Shown one piece after another: positions 37,150-47,300 of a DNA stretch of 64,000 nt (its first letter is position 1; every line of letters starts with the position of its first letter). The position numbers were made by a program, and so were the translations under genes. This DNA is from Mycoavidus cysteinexigens (GTDB lineage: Bacteria; Pseudomonadota; Gammaproteobacteria; Burkholderiales; Burkholderiaceae): assembly GCA_031963225.1 (NCBI GenBank), contig JASSUD010000001.1:23942-87941 (forward strand), read 5' to 3'. A model generated the notes under the pieces. It was given only the letters and a program-made list of their open reading frames with translations, ran no database searches and had not been told where the DNA came from.

Positions 37150-37929
37150 CTAAGGTACGCGCTTGGAATCGGTAGCTTTCAACACCCGTTTAGCATCTGC
37201 AGCCAGTTCTGGTGTTCCTAACGCCTGGTAGGCTTTTTGCATTAAGCTTAGTGCTTTGGGAATAGCTGGAGTATTGGGATACTCTGTAAGAACGTGTTTA
37301 GCGCGATTGATGGCTGCCAGGTAAGCGCCCCGTTCGTAATAATATTGTGCGGCATGTACTTCATGTGCTGCCAGTGCATTGACGATATAACGCATGCGTT
37401 GCATGGCGTCCGGCGCATAACGGCTGCTAGGGTAGCGGGTAGCAATAACTTTGAAAGCATCATATGCACGGCGTAGCGCCTCGGGGTCGCGTTCGCTAAG
37501 GTCTTGTGCGCTTAACTGACCTAGCAAGCCTAGTTCATCTTTAAAATTGAGTAGGCCTTTTAGATAGTAAGCGTAGGCGAGTTGCGGATGATCAGGATGT
37601 AGCCGAATGAAGCGGTCTACTGCTTGTTCAGCGGCTTGAGGCTCATTGTTTTTCCATTGGCAGTAGGCCACGTTAATCTGCGCTTGTGGTGCTCGAGAGC
37701 CGAAAGGATCTCGGCCTTCCATTTTTTCAAAGTACTCCGCGCAACGGATCCAGTCGTGGCTTTCTAGAGCTTCCTGCGCTTGCACGTATAATTTGTCGCC
37801 AGACCAGGTGGCTGTTTCGTCTTTTTTCTCTGGCAACCCTCCACAGGCAGTTAGTGTGCCCACTATGGCTAATAGGGCGCATCTGGCTATATGGTAGGCG
37901 GGGCGGCTTTTGAGGAAGAGGGAAGTCAT
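37150..37929 (-). CDS. bamD: Outer membrane protein assembly factor BamD
   Basis: Lipobox LTAC-GG after a signal peptide. TPR-like helical protein of the expected size. Divergent from rluD, as in many proteobacteria. Confidence 0.85.
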   Translation of the reverse strand: MTSLFLKSRPAYHIARCALLAIVGTLTACGGLPEKKDETATWSGDKLYVQAQEALESHDWIRCAEYFEKMEGRDPFGSRAPQAQINVAYCQWKNNEPQAAEQAVDRFIRLHPDHPQLAYAYYLKGLLNFKDELGLLGQLSAQDLSERDPEALRRAYDAFKVIATRYPSSRYAPDAMQRMRYIVNALAAHEVHAAQYYYERGAYLAAINRAKHVLTEYPNTPAIPKALSLMQKAYQALGTPELAADAKRVLKATDSKRVP

Positions 37930-38018
37930 AGATTTCTGCCGAAGTTTTATTTTGTGATAGAAGACGAAGTGTACTGAATTAAGAATAGGTTCCCAACCTT
38001 GTATTTTTACAACAAAGC

Positions 38019-38151
38019 GTGGTTGGTGGTGAAGGCACGAATCTAAACATATTGACCGCTGGCTTTTAATTTTTGCTTTTGGAAAGTTTTTAAGCAGGCC
38101 TTCAAGAGGGCAGTGGTTAGGTGTTGGGGTTCCTTCGTCACCCCAACCTAC
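38019..38151. repeat. REP pair (degenerate reverse unit + long forward unit)
   Basis: GTGGTTGGTGGTGAAGGCACGAATCTAAACAT .. TTTTTAAGCAGGCCTTCAAGAGGGCAGTGGTTAGGTGTTGGGGTTCCTTCGTCACCCCAACCTAC. Lies in the bamD/rluD divergent promoter region. Confidence 0.75.
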
Positions 38152-38213
38152 GAATAACGATTCCTCTTTAGAGTGGTTCTTTCTAAAGGGGCTTTACTGA
38201 ATGCGGAGTTATA

Positions 38214-39314
38214 TTGACCGTTGAAGCGCTCTTTGAGCCTTTACAGGGTTTGGACCCTTTGGAATCGGCTGTGGATGCAGATTGCCCCGAGCCTCTCACT
38301 GCCACCATTCCTGCTGAGTATGAGGGAGAACGCTTAGATAAAGTATTAGCTTATCTTTTCCCGCAATACTCTCGTGCTTGCTTGCAGAGTTGGGTGAAGG
38401 CCGAGCGCGTGCAGGTGGCAGGAGCGCTTGCGAGCTTGCGTCAAAAGGCGTGCGAGGGCGCGATGGTCGCGTTGTGGCCAGATTTGAAACCCGAGCAGCA
38501 GGCTTTTCGACCTGAACCTGTTCCGCTGTCTATTGTCTATGAAGATGCTAGTTTAGTGGTGATTAATAAGCCTGCAGGATGTGTTGTGCATCCTGCGGTG
38601 GGCAATTGGGGAGGAACCCTCCTTAATGGATTGCTGCATCGGTATGGCGCAGCCGCAGCAGCACTGCCGCGTGCGGGTATTGTGCATCGCTTGGATAAAG
38701 ATACCAGTGGATTGATGGTAGTAGCACGTACATTAGAGGCTCAAACTGCTTTAGTGCGTCAGCTTCAGGCGCGTACGGTAAAGCGCATGTATCAGGCATT
38801 GGTTTGGGGCACACCGCCAGTGCGGGGCCTGGTTAATGCATCTATAGGCCGTGATCCAAGAAGCCGTATCCGTATGGCAGTCGTGGTGGGGGCAGCGTCT
38901 AAGCCAGCGCGCACGCACTATCTACGATGCTCAGTGAGCATGGCAGCAGGTTTGCCCGTTGCTGCGCTTTTATGTGCTCTGGAAACCGGCCGTACGCACC
39001 AGATTCGAGTGCATTTGTCTCATTTAGGGTATCCGATAGTGGGTGATCCCCTCTATGGACGTGGCCATGGTCAGCAGCGTGCTATCGGGTTTTGCGCTGA
39101 CCAAGCTTCTTCTCGAGCTAAACCAAGCGCCGCAGTACAACTTGCTTCAGAGCTGGTTACTTTCCCAAGACAATTTTTACATGCTTGCCAGCTTGCGTTT
39201 GCGCATCCTGAGAGCGGGGAGCCCTTATCTTGGCAGGCCGAGCTTCCGGACGATGCAGCGGCTTTAGCTCAAAAGGTCGGGGTACATTGGGACGCGCCAT
39301 CTACGTCTGTTTAG
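38214..39314 (+). CDS. rluD: 23S rRNA pseudouridine synthase RluD
   Basis: S4-like N-domain (RLDKVLAYLFPQYSRACLQSWVKAERVQV) and catalytic HRLDKDTSGLMVVA. TTG start as in the track, so the start is uncertain. Confidence 0.85.
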   Translation: MTVEALFEPLQGLDPLESAVDADCPEPLTATIPAEYEGERLDKVLAYLFPQYSRACLQSWVKAERVQVAGALASLRQKACEGAMVALWPDLKPEQQAFRPEPVPLSIVYEDASLVVINKPAGCVVHPAVGNWGGTLLNGLLHRYGAAAAALPRAGIVHRLDKDTSGLMVVARTLEAQTALVRQLQARTVKRMYQALVWGTPPVRGLVNASIGRDPRSRIRMAVVVGAASKPARTHYLRCSVSMAAGLPVAALLCALETGRTHQIRVHLSHLGYPIVGDPLYGRGHGQQRAIGFCADQASSRAKPSAAVQLASELVTFPRQFLHACQLAFAHPESGEPLSWQAELPDDAAALAQKVGVHWDAPSTSV

Positions 39315-39361
39315 ATATTTATATTCTTTGTATACACATGCCAAAAGCATGATAAAAGTCT

Positions 39362-39400
39362 GTGGTGTGCATGTTGGGGTTCCAACATCCCCAAACCTAC
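39362..39400. repeat. Single REP unit (forward)
   Basis: GTGGTGTGCATGTTGGGGTTCCAACATCCCCAAACCTAC, between rluD and rimO. Confidence 0.75.
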
Positions 39401-39428
39401 CGTTCTCTATATTTTGGAAAAAATTTGT

Positions 39429-40883
39429 ATGTCGTCTGCTGTTGACACCCCTCCTAGCTCTACTCTTACTCTTTCTGAAACCACGCCCCGAAAAGTGGGA
39501 TTTGTATCGCTGGGGTGCCCTAAAGCATTGGTCGATTCAGAAAATATCCTCACGCAACTGCGTATAGAAGGGTATGAAATCTCCCCCACCTATGAAGGGG
39601 CCGATTTGGTGGTGGTGAATACCTGTGGTTTTATCGATGCGGCTGTGCAAGAAAGTTTGGATGCGATTGGGGAGGCACTCAATGCCAATGGTAAGGTTAT
39701 TGTGACGGGTTGTTTAGGGGCGAAAAAAACAGCAGAGGGAGGGACGGTAGTCGAAGCGGCATATCCCCAGGTGTTATCGGTTACAGGCCCGCATGCTGCT
39801 GCAGAAGTGATGGAGGCTGTGCACCAGAACTTACCGCGCCCCCATGAGCCATTTGTAGATTTAGTGCCTCCTTCTGGGATTAAATTAACGCCGCGTCACT
39901 ATGCGTATTTAAAAATTTCTGAAGGCTGTAACCATCGCTGCACATTTTGCATTATCCCGTCAATGCGGGGTGATTTGGTCTCACGACCTATTGCTGAGGT
40001 GATGATTGAAGCGGAGAATTTACTAAAAGCAGGTGTGAAAGAGCTTTTAGTGATTTCCCAGGACACCAGCGCGTATGGCGTGGATGTGAAATATCGCATG
40101 GGTTTTTGGCAGGGCCGTCCTCTCAAAACACGTATGACAGAGTTAGTTGCAGCGCTTGGGGAGCTCGCTAAGCCTTATGGTGCATGGATACGTTTGCACT
40201 ATGTATACCCTTATCCGCATGTAGACGAGTTACTGCCCCTCATGGCAGAAGGTCGGATCTTGCCTTACTTGGATGTGCCCTTACAACATGCGCATCCTGC
40301 TGTGCTAAAATGTATGAAACGCCCAGCACATGCCGAGAAAAACTTAGAACGTATCCAAGCCTGGCGGGCTGTGTGTCCGGACATCGTGGTGCGGAGCACG
40401 TTTATTGCAGGCTTTCCTGGTGAAACAGAAGCAGAATTTGAGACGCTACTCGACTTTATCCGAGAGGCGCAATTAGATCGAGTGGGCTGTTTCGCTTACT
40501 CTCCTGTTGAAGGTGCACGTGCGAATGCCTTAGAGGGCGCATTGCCCGAAGCCTTGCGCGAAGAGCGCCGTGCGCGTTTTATGGAAGTGGCAGAAACCGT
40601 TTCAGCACAGCGCTTAAAGCGAAAAGAAGGCCAGGTATTGCAAGTGCTGATCGATGAAGTAGGTCCAGAAGGGGCGATAGGGCGCTCTGCTGCAGATGCG
40701 CCAGAAATTGATGGATTAGTCTATATGAGCCACCAATCTTCTTCTGGTGCATCTAGACAAAAGAAGGGCCCTAGAGCCGCAGCGCCTTTGGCCCCTTGCC
40801 GCGTTGGAGAATTCGCCTTTGTGAAAATCCATGAAGCGAAGGGACATGATTTGTACGGAGAGCGCGTTGCGCAGCCGGATTAA
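39429..40883 (+). CDS. rimO: Ribosomal protein S12 methylthiotransferase RimO
   Basis: MTTase N-domain [10 protein letters not shown], radical-SAM [15 protein letters not shown]-like C-terminus. ATG at 39429 preferred over the track's TTG at 39414. Confidence 0.9.
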   Translation: MSSAVDTPPSSTLTLSETTPRKVGFVSLGCPKALVDSENILTQLRIEGYEISPTYEGADLVVVNTCGFIDAAVQESLDAIGEALNANGKVIVTGCLGAKKTAEGGTVVEAAYPQVLSVTGPHAAAEVMEAVHQNLPRPHEPFVDLVPPSGIKLTPRHYAYLKISEGCNHRCTFCIIPSMRGDLVSRPIAEVMIEAENLLKAGVKELLVISQDTSAYGVDVKYRMGFWQGRPLKTRMTELVAALGELAKPYGAWIRLHYVYPYPHVDELLPLMAEGRILPYLDVPLQHAHPAVLKCMKRPAHAEKNLERIQAWRAVCPDIVVRSTFIAGFPGETEAEFETLLDFIREAQLDRVGCFAYSPVEGARANALEGALPEALREERRARFMEVAETVSAQRLKRKEGQVLQVLIDEVGPEGAIGRSAADAPEIDGLVYMSHQSSSGASRQKKGPRAAAPLAPCRVGEFAFVKIHEAKGHDLYGERVAQPD

Positions 40884-40953
40884 AAAGCAGGTCTGCATTT
40901 TGTAAGCGGTATCCATAAACAAGATACCGCTTCAATACCTTCTAGGACATGCC

Positions 40954-42042
40954 CTAAGCCTCTGATAGCTCCCAACGGGGCCTAACCGTAAAAGCATAAT
41001 GCGTGCGGGCTTGCTCAGGCCAGCGGTGCAGGCGTAGTGCCCCTGCAAAGGCGATCATTGCGCCGTTATCTGTACATAGCTCGGGAGCGGGGTAATGAAC
41101 CGTTTTTCCTACGGCTTGTGTAGCTGTATGCAATGCCTGTCGCAATTGCATATTGGCACCTACTCCGCCTGCTACAACCAGTTGTTTTAAACCGGTTTGT
41201 TCTAATGCTTTGAGTGATTTAGAAACGAGTACCTCTACCGCTGCATCTACAAATCCACGCGCAAGATCTGCTCGCTCGCTCAGTGTGAGGGGGGCGCAAT
41301 GTCGGCGTACCTGCGTTAAAACGGCTGTCTTTAAACCACTAAAACTAAAATCGAGATTACCTGAATGCAACATGGGACGCGGTAAAACTACAGCTCCCGC
41401 GCGTCCTTGCAAAGCGAGTTGTGACAGAGCTGCTCCACCAGGATAGCCAAGACCAATCAATTTGGCCGTTTTATCAAAAGCTTCACCCGCTGCATCATCT
41501 AGCGTTTCACCCAGCAGTGTATAGCGACCAACCTCTTCTACATGCATGAGCTGGGTATGCCCGCCGGATACCAACAGTGCTACGAATGGAAAAGAAGGCG
41601 TGCTTCCTGGCGCGCATGAGTGAGAAGAGGGCAGGGAAGCTTCAGAGGAAGGGGCAAATAAAAGTGCAGGAGGTGCATCGATTAAAGGAGAAAGTAGATG
41701 TCCTTCAAGATGATGAATGCCAATAACAGGCTTATTCCAAGCTAATGCTAAGCTATTTGCTAACCCAGCTCCCACCAGTAATGCCCCGGCTAGACCGGGT
41801 CCTTGTGTGAAAGCAATTGCATCGATAGAAGCAGGCAGCATATTTGCATCTTGCAGCACTTGTTTGAGCAAGGGTAAGCCGCGCTGAATATGATCCCGTG
41901 CCGCTAGTTCAGGCACTACGCCGCCGTGTACCGCATGCAAATCAACTTGAGAATGTAGTGCTTGCGCGAGCAAACCGCGCTGGGTGTCGTAGAGCGCTAT
42001 CCCTGTTTCATCACAGGAGCTTTCTAGGCCGAGAATAAGCAT
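40954..42042 (-). CDS. tsaD: tRNA N6-adenosine threonylcarbamoyltransferase TsaD
   Basis: [41 protein letters not shown]. Confidence 0.95.
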   Translation of the reverse strand: MLILGLESSCDETGIALYDTQRGLLAQALHSQVDLHAVHGGVVPELAARDHIQRGLPLLKQVLQDANMLPASIDAIAFTQGPGLAGALLVGAGLANSLALAWNKPVIGIHHLEGHLLSPLIDAPPALLFAPSSEASLPSSHSCAPGSTPSFPFVALLVSGGHTQLMHVEEVGRYTLLGETLDDAAGEAFDKTAKLIGLGYPGGAALSQLALQGRAGAVVLPRPMLHSGNLDFSFSGLKTAVLTQVRRHCAPLTLSERADLARGFVDAAVEVLVSKSLKALEQTGLKQLVVAGGVGANMQLRQALHTATQAVGKTVHYPAPELCTDNGAMIAFAGALRLHRWPEQARTHYAFTVRPRWELSEA

Positions 42043-42307
42043 TTTTTATAAGACCTGGGTATTAGATAAATTTACACTGTATAGAAATGATGTGCCTCGT
42101 AAACGATTTGCTCTTATTTATACATGAGAGTAGTCTGTATAACTCGGCATTTCCTTAATAGGACCAATCTTCGAGTGCTTCGAGCTTTCTTGTAAGGTAT
42201 TTTAAGTACTCAAGAGGCCTTTTGTATAAGTCCCGCGCATTGCAGGGTAGCCTGCCTCCCAACATTGCTGTCGTACAGCCTCAATATACCTTGACTTAGA
42301 AGAGGAA

Positions 42308-44836
42308 ATGGATCTTCTGCGGACGGTCCTAAAAAATACTTCCTTTTACTCTTTATTGCTTGCTACTTATATGCCTATTCATCCTACCTCTCCTGCTTCT
42401 TTCTCGCCAAAATTTGCACGCGCCACCACTTCATATGTGACTGACTCAGAATTTCGCACATCTGCTTTTAGTGATGATGCCTCCTCAATTGCAGGATCTG
42501 AGTTATCCGAACAGTATGCGTCATGTGAAGAATTAGATTTAGACGCGGAATATAAATCATGTGAAGAATTAGAATGTGAAACTACGCTTGCTGATGAGGA
42601 ATTAGAAGCAGCGGAGCGCGAATTAGAAAATAATTTCCGGAAGCGCATGGCATCCATACTTTTTGAAAATATGGACCTACTGCAGGATGAAAATATAGAA
42701 TCTGCTTCGAATGAAATCACAGATAAAGCAGCTAATTTGATAGTGGATTTTTTATATTATGAAAATAAGCCACTGCCAACCTATATTTTCGATTATTTGT
42801 CTGACCTTGCTATAAAAGAATTATGTAAAGAGATAAGCGGATGGGCTGGCAATTTTTGTGAAGAGGGCGTGAGGAATAACTTAAAGAGTTATGTATTAAG
42901 TTGGGATGATTTAACTGCACAGAAAACAGCCTTATCTAAATGTATAGAATCTGTAAAAATATCTCGCATACTTTCTGAAAAGTGTCTGGTGGAGTTGTAT
43001 AAATTTATATATAACTACCGTTGTTTAGAAAATATGCAATCTCATGTTGACGCAGCAGCAGAGGATTTCAAGTACGCTTGCGATGTTTTTTTGAGTCCGC
43101 ATCCACTTAAAAGTGAATCTGAGAAAAATGAGCAGACGGATTTCTTGGAAAGCTTGAAGCAATATAAATCTAAGCTCACCACGCTTTGGAGGGAGAGTGC
43201 CGAGATATACTTTGATCTTTACAAAAATGATGCCTTTTCGGTAGATAAGATAAGAGAGAAAGAAAAATATTTTTTCAAAGCAGCAGCCGGGGCCAAAGTA
43301 AGCGATTCAAAAATACACAATCAATTAAAAAATATACCTAATAATGCCTACTCGCTAGAATGGCCTGTATCGCTTTATAACCAATTTATCTATGGTGAAA
43401 TTCATCGCATTATTTTTGTCTCTGAGTTTGAAGGCATTGCACAAAAGATATTGCAAGCAACATTGCCAGAAGAAGATCAATATATTATTGCTCGTTTGGG
43501 GCTAAGCACACATATACCTGAACCCGTTGTCGAGCAACAAGCAGTAAGCTCAGAATCCTCGCTACCCGACGTCACCCCCTCTCTATTTTTCAGAGCACTT
43601 CAAGCGATACAACAGCTCTTCAAAACCCTGTATGACTACTCATTGGGTGCTTTTATTGCCTATGTGGGTACTTTTATTGCCTATGTTAAATATTTGCTTT
43701 CTTCCAGCAAGAAAGCAGACCTATCTACTGAAGTAGATTCCTTTGATTTGGCATTGGAAAATATAACCATAGAAACGGATGAAACGGTAAAAAATGGTGT
43801 ATCGGAGCTATATGCAGAGGTAGTGGAACAAGATCTTTCTATACCTTTTCAAAGTGCAGAAAAAAGTGACTATCAAATAGTCAACGATAAGTTGTCAGAC
43901 GAGATCATTGAGAAATTACAATGTAAATTAAATGAAAATAATATACTCGATAATATGGCTATAAAAGGGGAATACAAAAAACCTTTAACCACTTTAGCCC
44001 TTTCAACCCCTTATGCGACGGCATTAAAAATTCATCAAAATATTCAAGTATCCACCGAATGGATAGACTTTGACGATAAATCTAGTACACATACAGTATA
44101 TTTTAATGAAAGTGATCGCAGAAAATCAGGCGATGATGCTAATAAGGAGATTTTGTCAAAAGAACCAAAATATATCCTAGATGGCAAATTGGTGGATTTT
44201 TGCAGTCACTATGGTAACTTTGCAAAAAATAAAGATGAGCTCCTGTTAATATCTGATTTGCTGGCTACATCTTCTTTTATAGATGAGTTTTTGATCCATG
44301 CAGGAGCATTTCCTTCATTTAAATCAGAAATAATAAAAGGGCAAAAATCATACGATTATTTTCTGAGTAGAGAGAATGATGACGTTAAGCTAATAATCTC
44401 TTTTGAAAATAATGAGAAAAACGAAAATTTGCCTTTGGAAGAGGCTTCTGAAGAAAATCAGTTTGACAGTTTCATGCGCTGGAAAGTAGCTCTGAAAATA
44501 AATGTGAACGACGGCGAGCAGCAAAACATCACTATTTTACGAGAGGACTGCACTTATTACTGCAAAAGCAAGAAAATGGCTGTGGAGATGAATCCCAGCA
44601 ACCCTGAGGAAGGGGGGGATCTAACTATGTTGCCTGAGCAGAGTTCTAGTAGCGCTACCTTGACTGAGGTAGATGATCTTCAGGAGCTGCCAGCGACCAA
44701 TACTTTTGTTCACACCATTCCTCCTTTAGAGAGGTTGGGACGTCGCAGATTCGTCCAATCCAGTTCCACTCTGAGTAGTGAATCTGCTGTTAGTCGCTCC
44801 AGAAGTACCTCTCCAAACTATGAACAGTTTGCGTAA
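42308..44836 (+). CDS. Hypothetical acidic protein (842 aa), paralogous to the next gene
   Basis: Long ORF with no recognisable domain. The alternative start ATG 42371 (MPIHPTSPASF) is the position conserved with the paralogue start MPILLTSSTCP. Ends in the Ser-rich SRSRSTSPNYEQFA. Confidence 0.75.
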   Translation: MDLLRTVLKNTSFYSLLLATYMPIHPTSPASFSPKFARATTSYVTDSEFRTSAFSDDASSIAGSELSEQYASCEELDLDAEYKSCEELECETTLADEELEAAERELENNFRKRMASILFENMDLLQDENIESASNEITDKAANLIVDFLYYENKPLPTYIFDYLSDLAIKELCKEISGWAGNFCEEGVRNNLKSYVLSWDDLTAQKTALSKCIESVKISRILSEKCLVELYKFIYNYRCLENMQSHVDAAAEDFKYACDVFLSPHPLKSESEKNEQTDFLESLKQYKSKLTTLWRESAEIYFDLYKNDAFSVDKIREKEKYFFKAAAGAKVSDSKIHNQLKNIPNNAYSLEWPVSLYNQFIYGEIHRIIFVSEFEGIAQKILQATLPEEDQYIIARLGLSTHIPEPVVEQQAVSSESSLPDVTPSLFFRALQAIQQLFKTLYDYSLGAFIAYVGTFIAYVKYLLSSSKKADLSTEVDSFDLALENITIETDETVKNGVSELYAEVVEQDLSIPFQSAEKSDYQIVNDKLSDEIIEKLQCKLNENNILDNMAIKGEYKKPLTTLALSTPYATALKIHQNIQVSTEWIDFDDKSSTHTVYFNESDRRKSGDDANKEILSKEPKYILDGKLVDFCSHYGNFAKNKDELLLISDLLATSSFIDEFLIHAGAFPSFKSEIIKGQKSYDYFLSRENDDVKLIISFENNEKNENLPLEEASEENQFDSFMRWKVALKINVNDGEQQNITILREDCTYYCKSKKMAVEMNPSNPEEGGDLTMLPEQSSSSATLTEVDDLQELPATNTFVHTIPPLERLGRRRFVQSSSTLSSESAVSRSRSTSPNYEQFA

Positions 44837-44882
44837 GTATTATTTCAACCGCATGCTTCCAAGAAATAGGACCGTACGTCTC

Positions 44883-45013
44883 GTAGGTTGGGGTGAGGTA
44901 CGAACCCCAACACCTAACCACGGCCTTCTTGAAGACCTGCTTGTAAATTGGTAAAAGCAAAAATTACAAGCCAGTGATATGTAGGTTGGGGTTCGTACCT
45001 CACCCCAACCTAC
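44883..45013. repeat. REP pair (reverse + forward) separating the two paralogues
   Basis: GTAGGTTGGGGTGAGGTACGAACCCCAACACCTAACCAC .. GTGATATGTAGGTTGGGGTTCGTACCTCACCCCAACCTAC. Confidence 0.85.
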
Positions 45014-45098
45014 GAGCCAATTAGCGTTGATAGCAAAATGCAAGGCCTGACTTCATTTAAGAAATAATTTTTTCTATTGTTTATTAACAGTTACCTAT

Positions 45099-46133
45099 AT
45101 GCCTATTCTTCTTACCTCTTCCACTTGCCCCTCACCAGACCTTGCACATGTCACTAACCCCCTTGTGAAGCAGCAAGCAATAAGCACAGAATCTTCGTTA
45201 TCTGGTGTCACTCTGTTCCAATCTTTTACCGCAGCGATACAACAGCTCTTCAAAACCCTGTATGACTGTTCCTTGGGTGCGTTTATTGCCTGTGTCAAAA
45301 AAGTGATTGCCTATTTGCTGCGCTCCAGCGAGAAAGCAGACCTGTCTGCTGGGGAAGTCCCTTTTGGATATATCTTTAAAATAGAAGAATGTACATTGCC
45401 AAAAGAGCGTATAGGCGAATTACAACGTAGATTAAATTTAGATAATATAACTGGCGAAATTTCTTTCGAAGGGAAATACGAAACAGCTTTAATTTCTCGC
45501 AAAAATAAATTAGGGATGGATGAAAATATTAAAATATCCAAACGATTTATCGATTTTAAAGATGAATATGGCGTTCACGCAATATATTTTAAAGAAAATA
45601 ACGATAATAACCAAAACGCTGATAATGGTATAGAGTTATCATCAGAAAATACAAAAAAGCTGCTGGCTTTTAAGTTGGCAGCTTTGTGTGAGGCTGATGG
45701 TTCTTTGGGAAGTAAGGATAAGCTGCTATTAATGTCTGATTTGCTGGCTGAATATCATATTATAAATAACTACCTGATTAAATTCCTGATTAATCCAAGA
45801 GATTTGTCTCAATTTGCACCAAAAGCAAGCGAAGGAAAAAAATCATACGCCTATTTTATTAGTAGAGAGAATGATGACATTAAACTCATTATCTCTTGTG
45901 AGACTAATAAGGAAAATGAAGTATTGAATCTGAATGAGGCTTTCGAAGAAAATAAGCCTGAAAATATCCGTAGTTGGAAAATGGCTCTGAAAATAAATGT
46001 AAGCAATCAGTCTGCAGCCAGAAGACAGCCCATCACTATTGAGGACTTCACTTATCGTTGGAAAAGGCTGAAAACTTCTGAGGAAATGCTTGCGAATAAT
46101 AATGCGTCTTCAGACTATAAGCAGACTGCGTAA
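45099..46133 (+). CDS. Hypothetical protein (344 aa), short paralogue of the 42308 product
   Basis: Aligns with residues ~405-760 of the 842-aa protein: QQLFKTLYDCSLGAFIAC vs QQLFKTLYDYSLGAFIAY, and KSYAYFISRENDDIKLIISCETNKENE vs KSYDYFLSRENDDVKLIISFENNEKNE. The same ATGCCTATTC start context. Confidence 0.75.
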   Translation: MPILLTSSTCPSPDLAHVTNPLVKQQAISTESSLSGVTLFQSFTAAIQQLFKTLYDCSLGAFIACVKKVIAYLLRSSEKADLSAGEVPFGYIFKIEECTLPKERIGELQRRLNLDNITGEISFEGKYETALISRKNKLGMDENIKISKRFIDFKDEYGVHAIYFKENNDNNQNADNGIELSSENTKKLLAFKLAALCEADGSLGSKDKLLLMSDLLAEYHIINNYLIKFLINPRDLSQFAPKASEGKKSYAYFISRENDDIKLIISCETNKENEVLNLNEAFEENKPENIRSWKMALKINVSNQSAARRQPITIEDFTYRWKRLKTSEEMLANNNASSDYKQTA

Positions 46134-46160
46134 TCTATTTGCATAGAGATGTTGTTAAAT

Positions 46161-46211
46161 AAAAAAATAGGGCCTCATTGCACAGTTAAATGCAATGAGG
46201 CCCTATTTTTT
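46161..46211. terminator. Bidirectional terminator between the 45099 gene and efp
   Basis: AAAAAAA-TAGGGCCTCATTGCA-CAGTTAA-ATGCAATGAGGCCCTA-TTTTTT. Confidence 0.85.
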
Positions 46212-46231
46212 GTTACTTTAATTGAGTGGCC

Positions 46232-46789
46232 TTAAGCTCGGCCGCGATATTCGTGTGTACGAGTATCTACTTCAATTTTGTCGCCGATGGTGCAAAACAG
46301 GGGAACCTGTAATTCTAAGCCGCTGATGAGTTTTGCACTCTTCATGACTTTACCGGAAACGGTGTCGCCTTTAATAGCAGGCTCGGTGTAGCCAATTTCA
46401 CGTACCACTGTGGTTGGGAGATCTACCGAGATAGCTTTGCCATCATAAAAAACGACTTCACAAGGCATGCCATCTTCCAAGTAATACAAGGTATCGCCTA
46501 GATCTGCTTTTTCCACTTCATACTGTTGATAATCATTATCCATGAAAACATACATAGGATCAGCAAAATAGGAGTACTGTGCTTCTTTGCGGTCGAGTAC
46601 AACGACCTCAAATTTTTCGTCTGCCTTGTACACTGACTCAGTGACACTGGCATTGAGCAGATTGCGTAATTTCATTTTCACGACCGCAGAGTTGCGGCCG
46701 GATTTGTTGTATTCCGCTTTTTGTACGACCATGGGCTGGTTGCCTACCATGATGACGTTGCCTGCGCGGGTTTCCTGTGCGGTTTTCAT
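46232..46789 (-). CDS. efp: Elongation factor P (Arg32 type)
   Basis: Start at [15 protein letters not shown] (ATG 46789; the track adds 7 codons). The loop [12 protein letters not shown] puts Arg at position 32, the EarP-rhamnosylated type. Confidence 0.95.
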   Translation of the reverse strand: MKTAQETRAGNVIMVGNQPMVVQKAEYNKSGRNSAVVKMKLRNLLNASVTESVYKADEKFEVVVLDRKEAQYSYFADPMYVFMDNDYQQYEVEKADLGDTLYYLEDGMPCEVVFYDGKAISVDLPTTVVREIGYTEPAIKGDTVSGKVMKSAKLISGLELQVPLFCTIGDKIEVDTRTHEYRGRA

Positions 46790-47300
46790 AGATGAGAGAG
46801 AATCAAGCAAATAAGAAGAGAGTGGGAGGAGAGATCCAGCCAGTAAAAGGGGCGCCTAGACTTAGAGCATGCGCCCAGCAGTCAAAAGGCACCCATTTTT
46901 GGACTTGTACGGTGCTCTGTATTCTTATTGTACTCTAGTATATTCAAAACCTCAGCTCTGCTGAACCAAAGAAATGGATTCGGGATTGACAGTTATTAGA
47001 GATTTTGAGCAGGCTCATAAAGGACATCGCTCTTTTTATTTAGCAACTGTTGGAGTTGCCGCCTTACGTGGAGTCATTTCTATACTGACATAGTTTGCTC
47101 TATCCATTGCTCTCTCCAGATTTATCATACGCCCTATTTGCGGCTACCTCTATTGCTATGCATCAGTTTTAATCACGTTCTGTACAACAGCGAAGAGGCA
47201 GTTCATATTTGGTATGCAATATAGGATAGGTACGGAAGAGAGGGGGAGCGCATTAGAAAAAAGTGTCGCAACACGAAGTGTGTAAATGCAGGAGCAATGC

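Noticed and set aside
40905-40931. Hairpin AGCGGTATC-CATAAACAA-GATACCGCT between rimO and tsaD as a terminator
   Set aside because: The stem is only 9 bp with low GC, and no T-run follows on either strand. It is not convincing as an intrinsic terminator.
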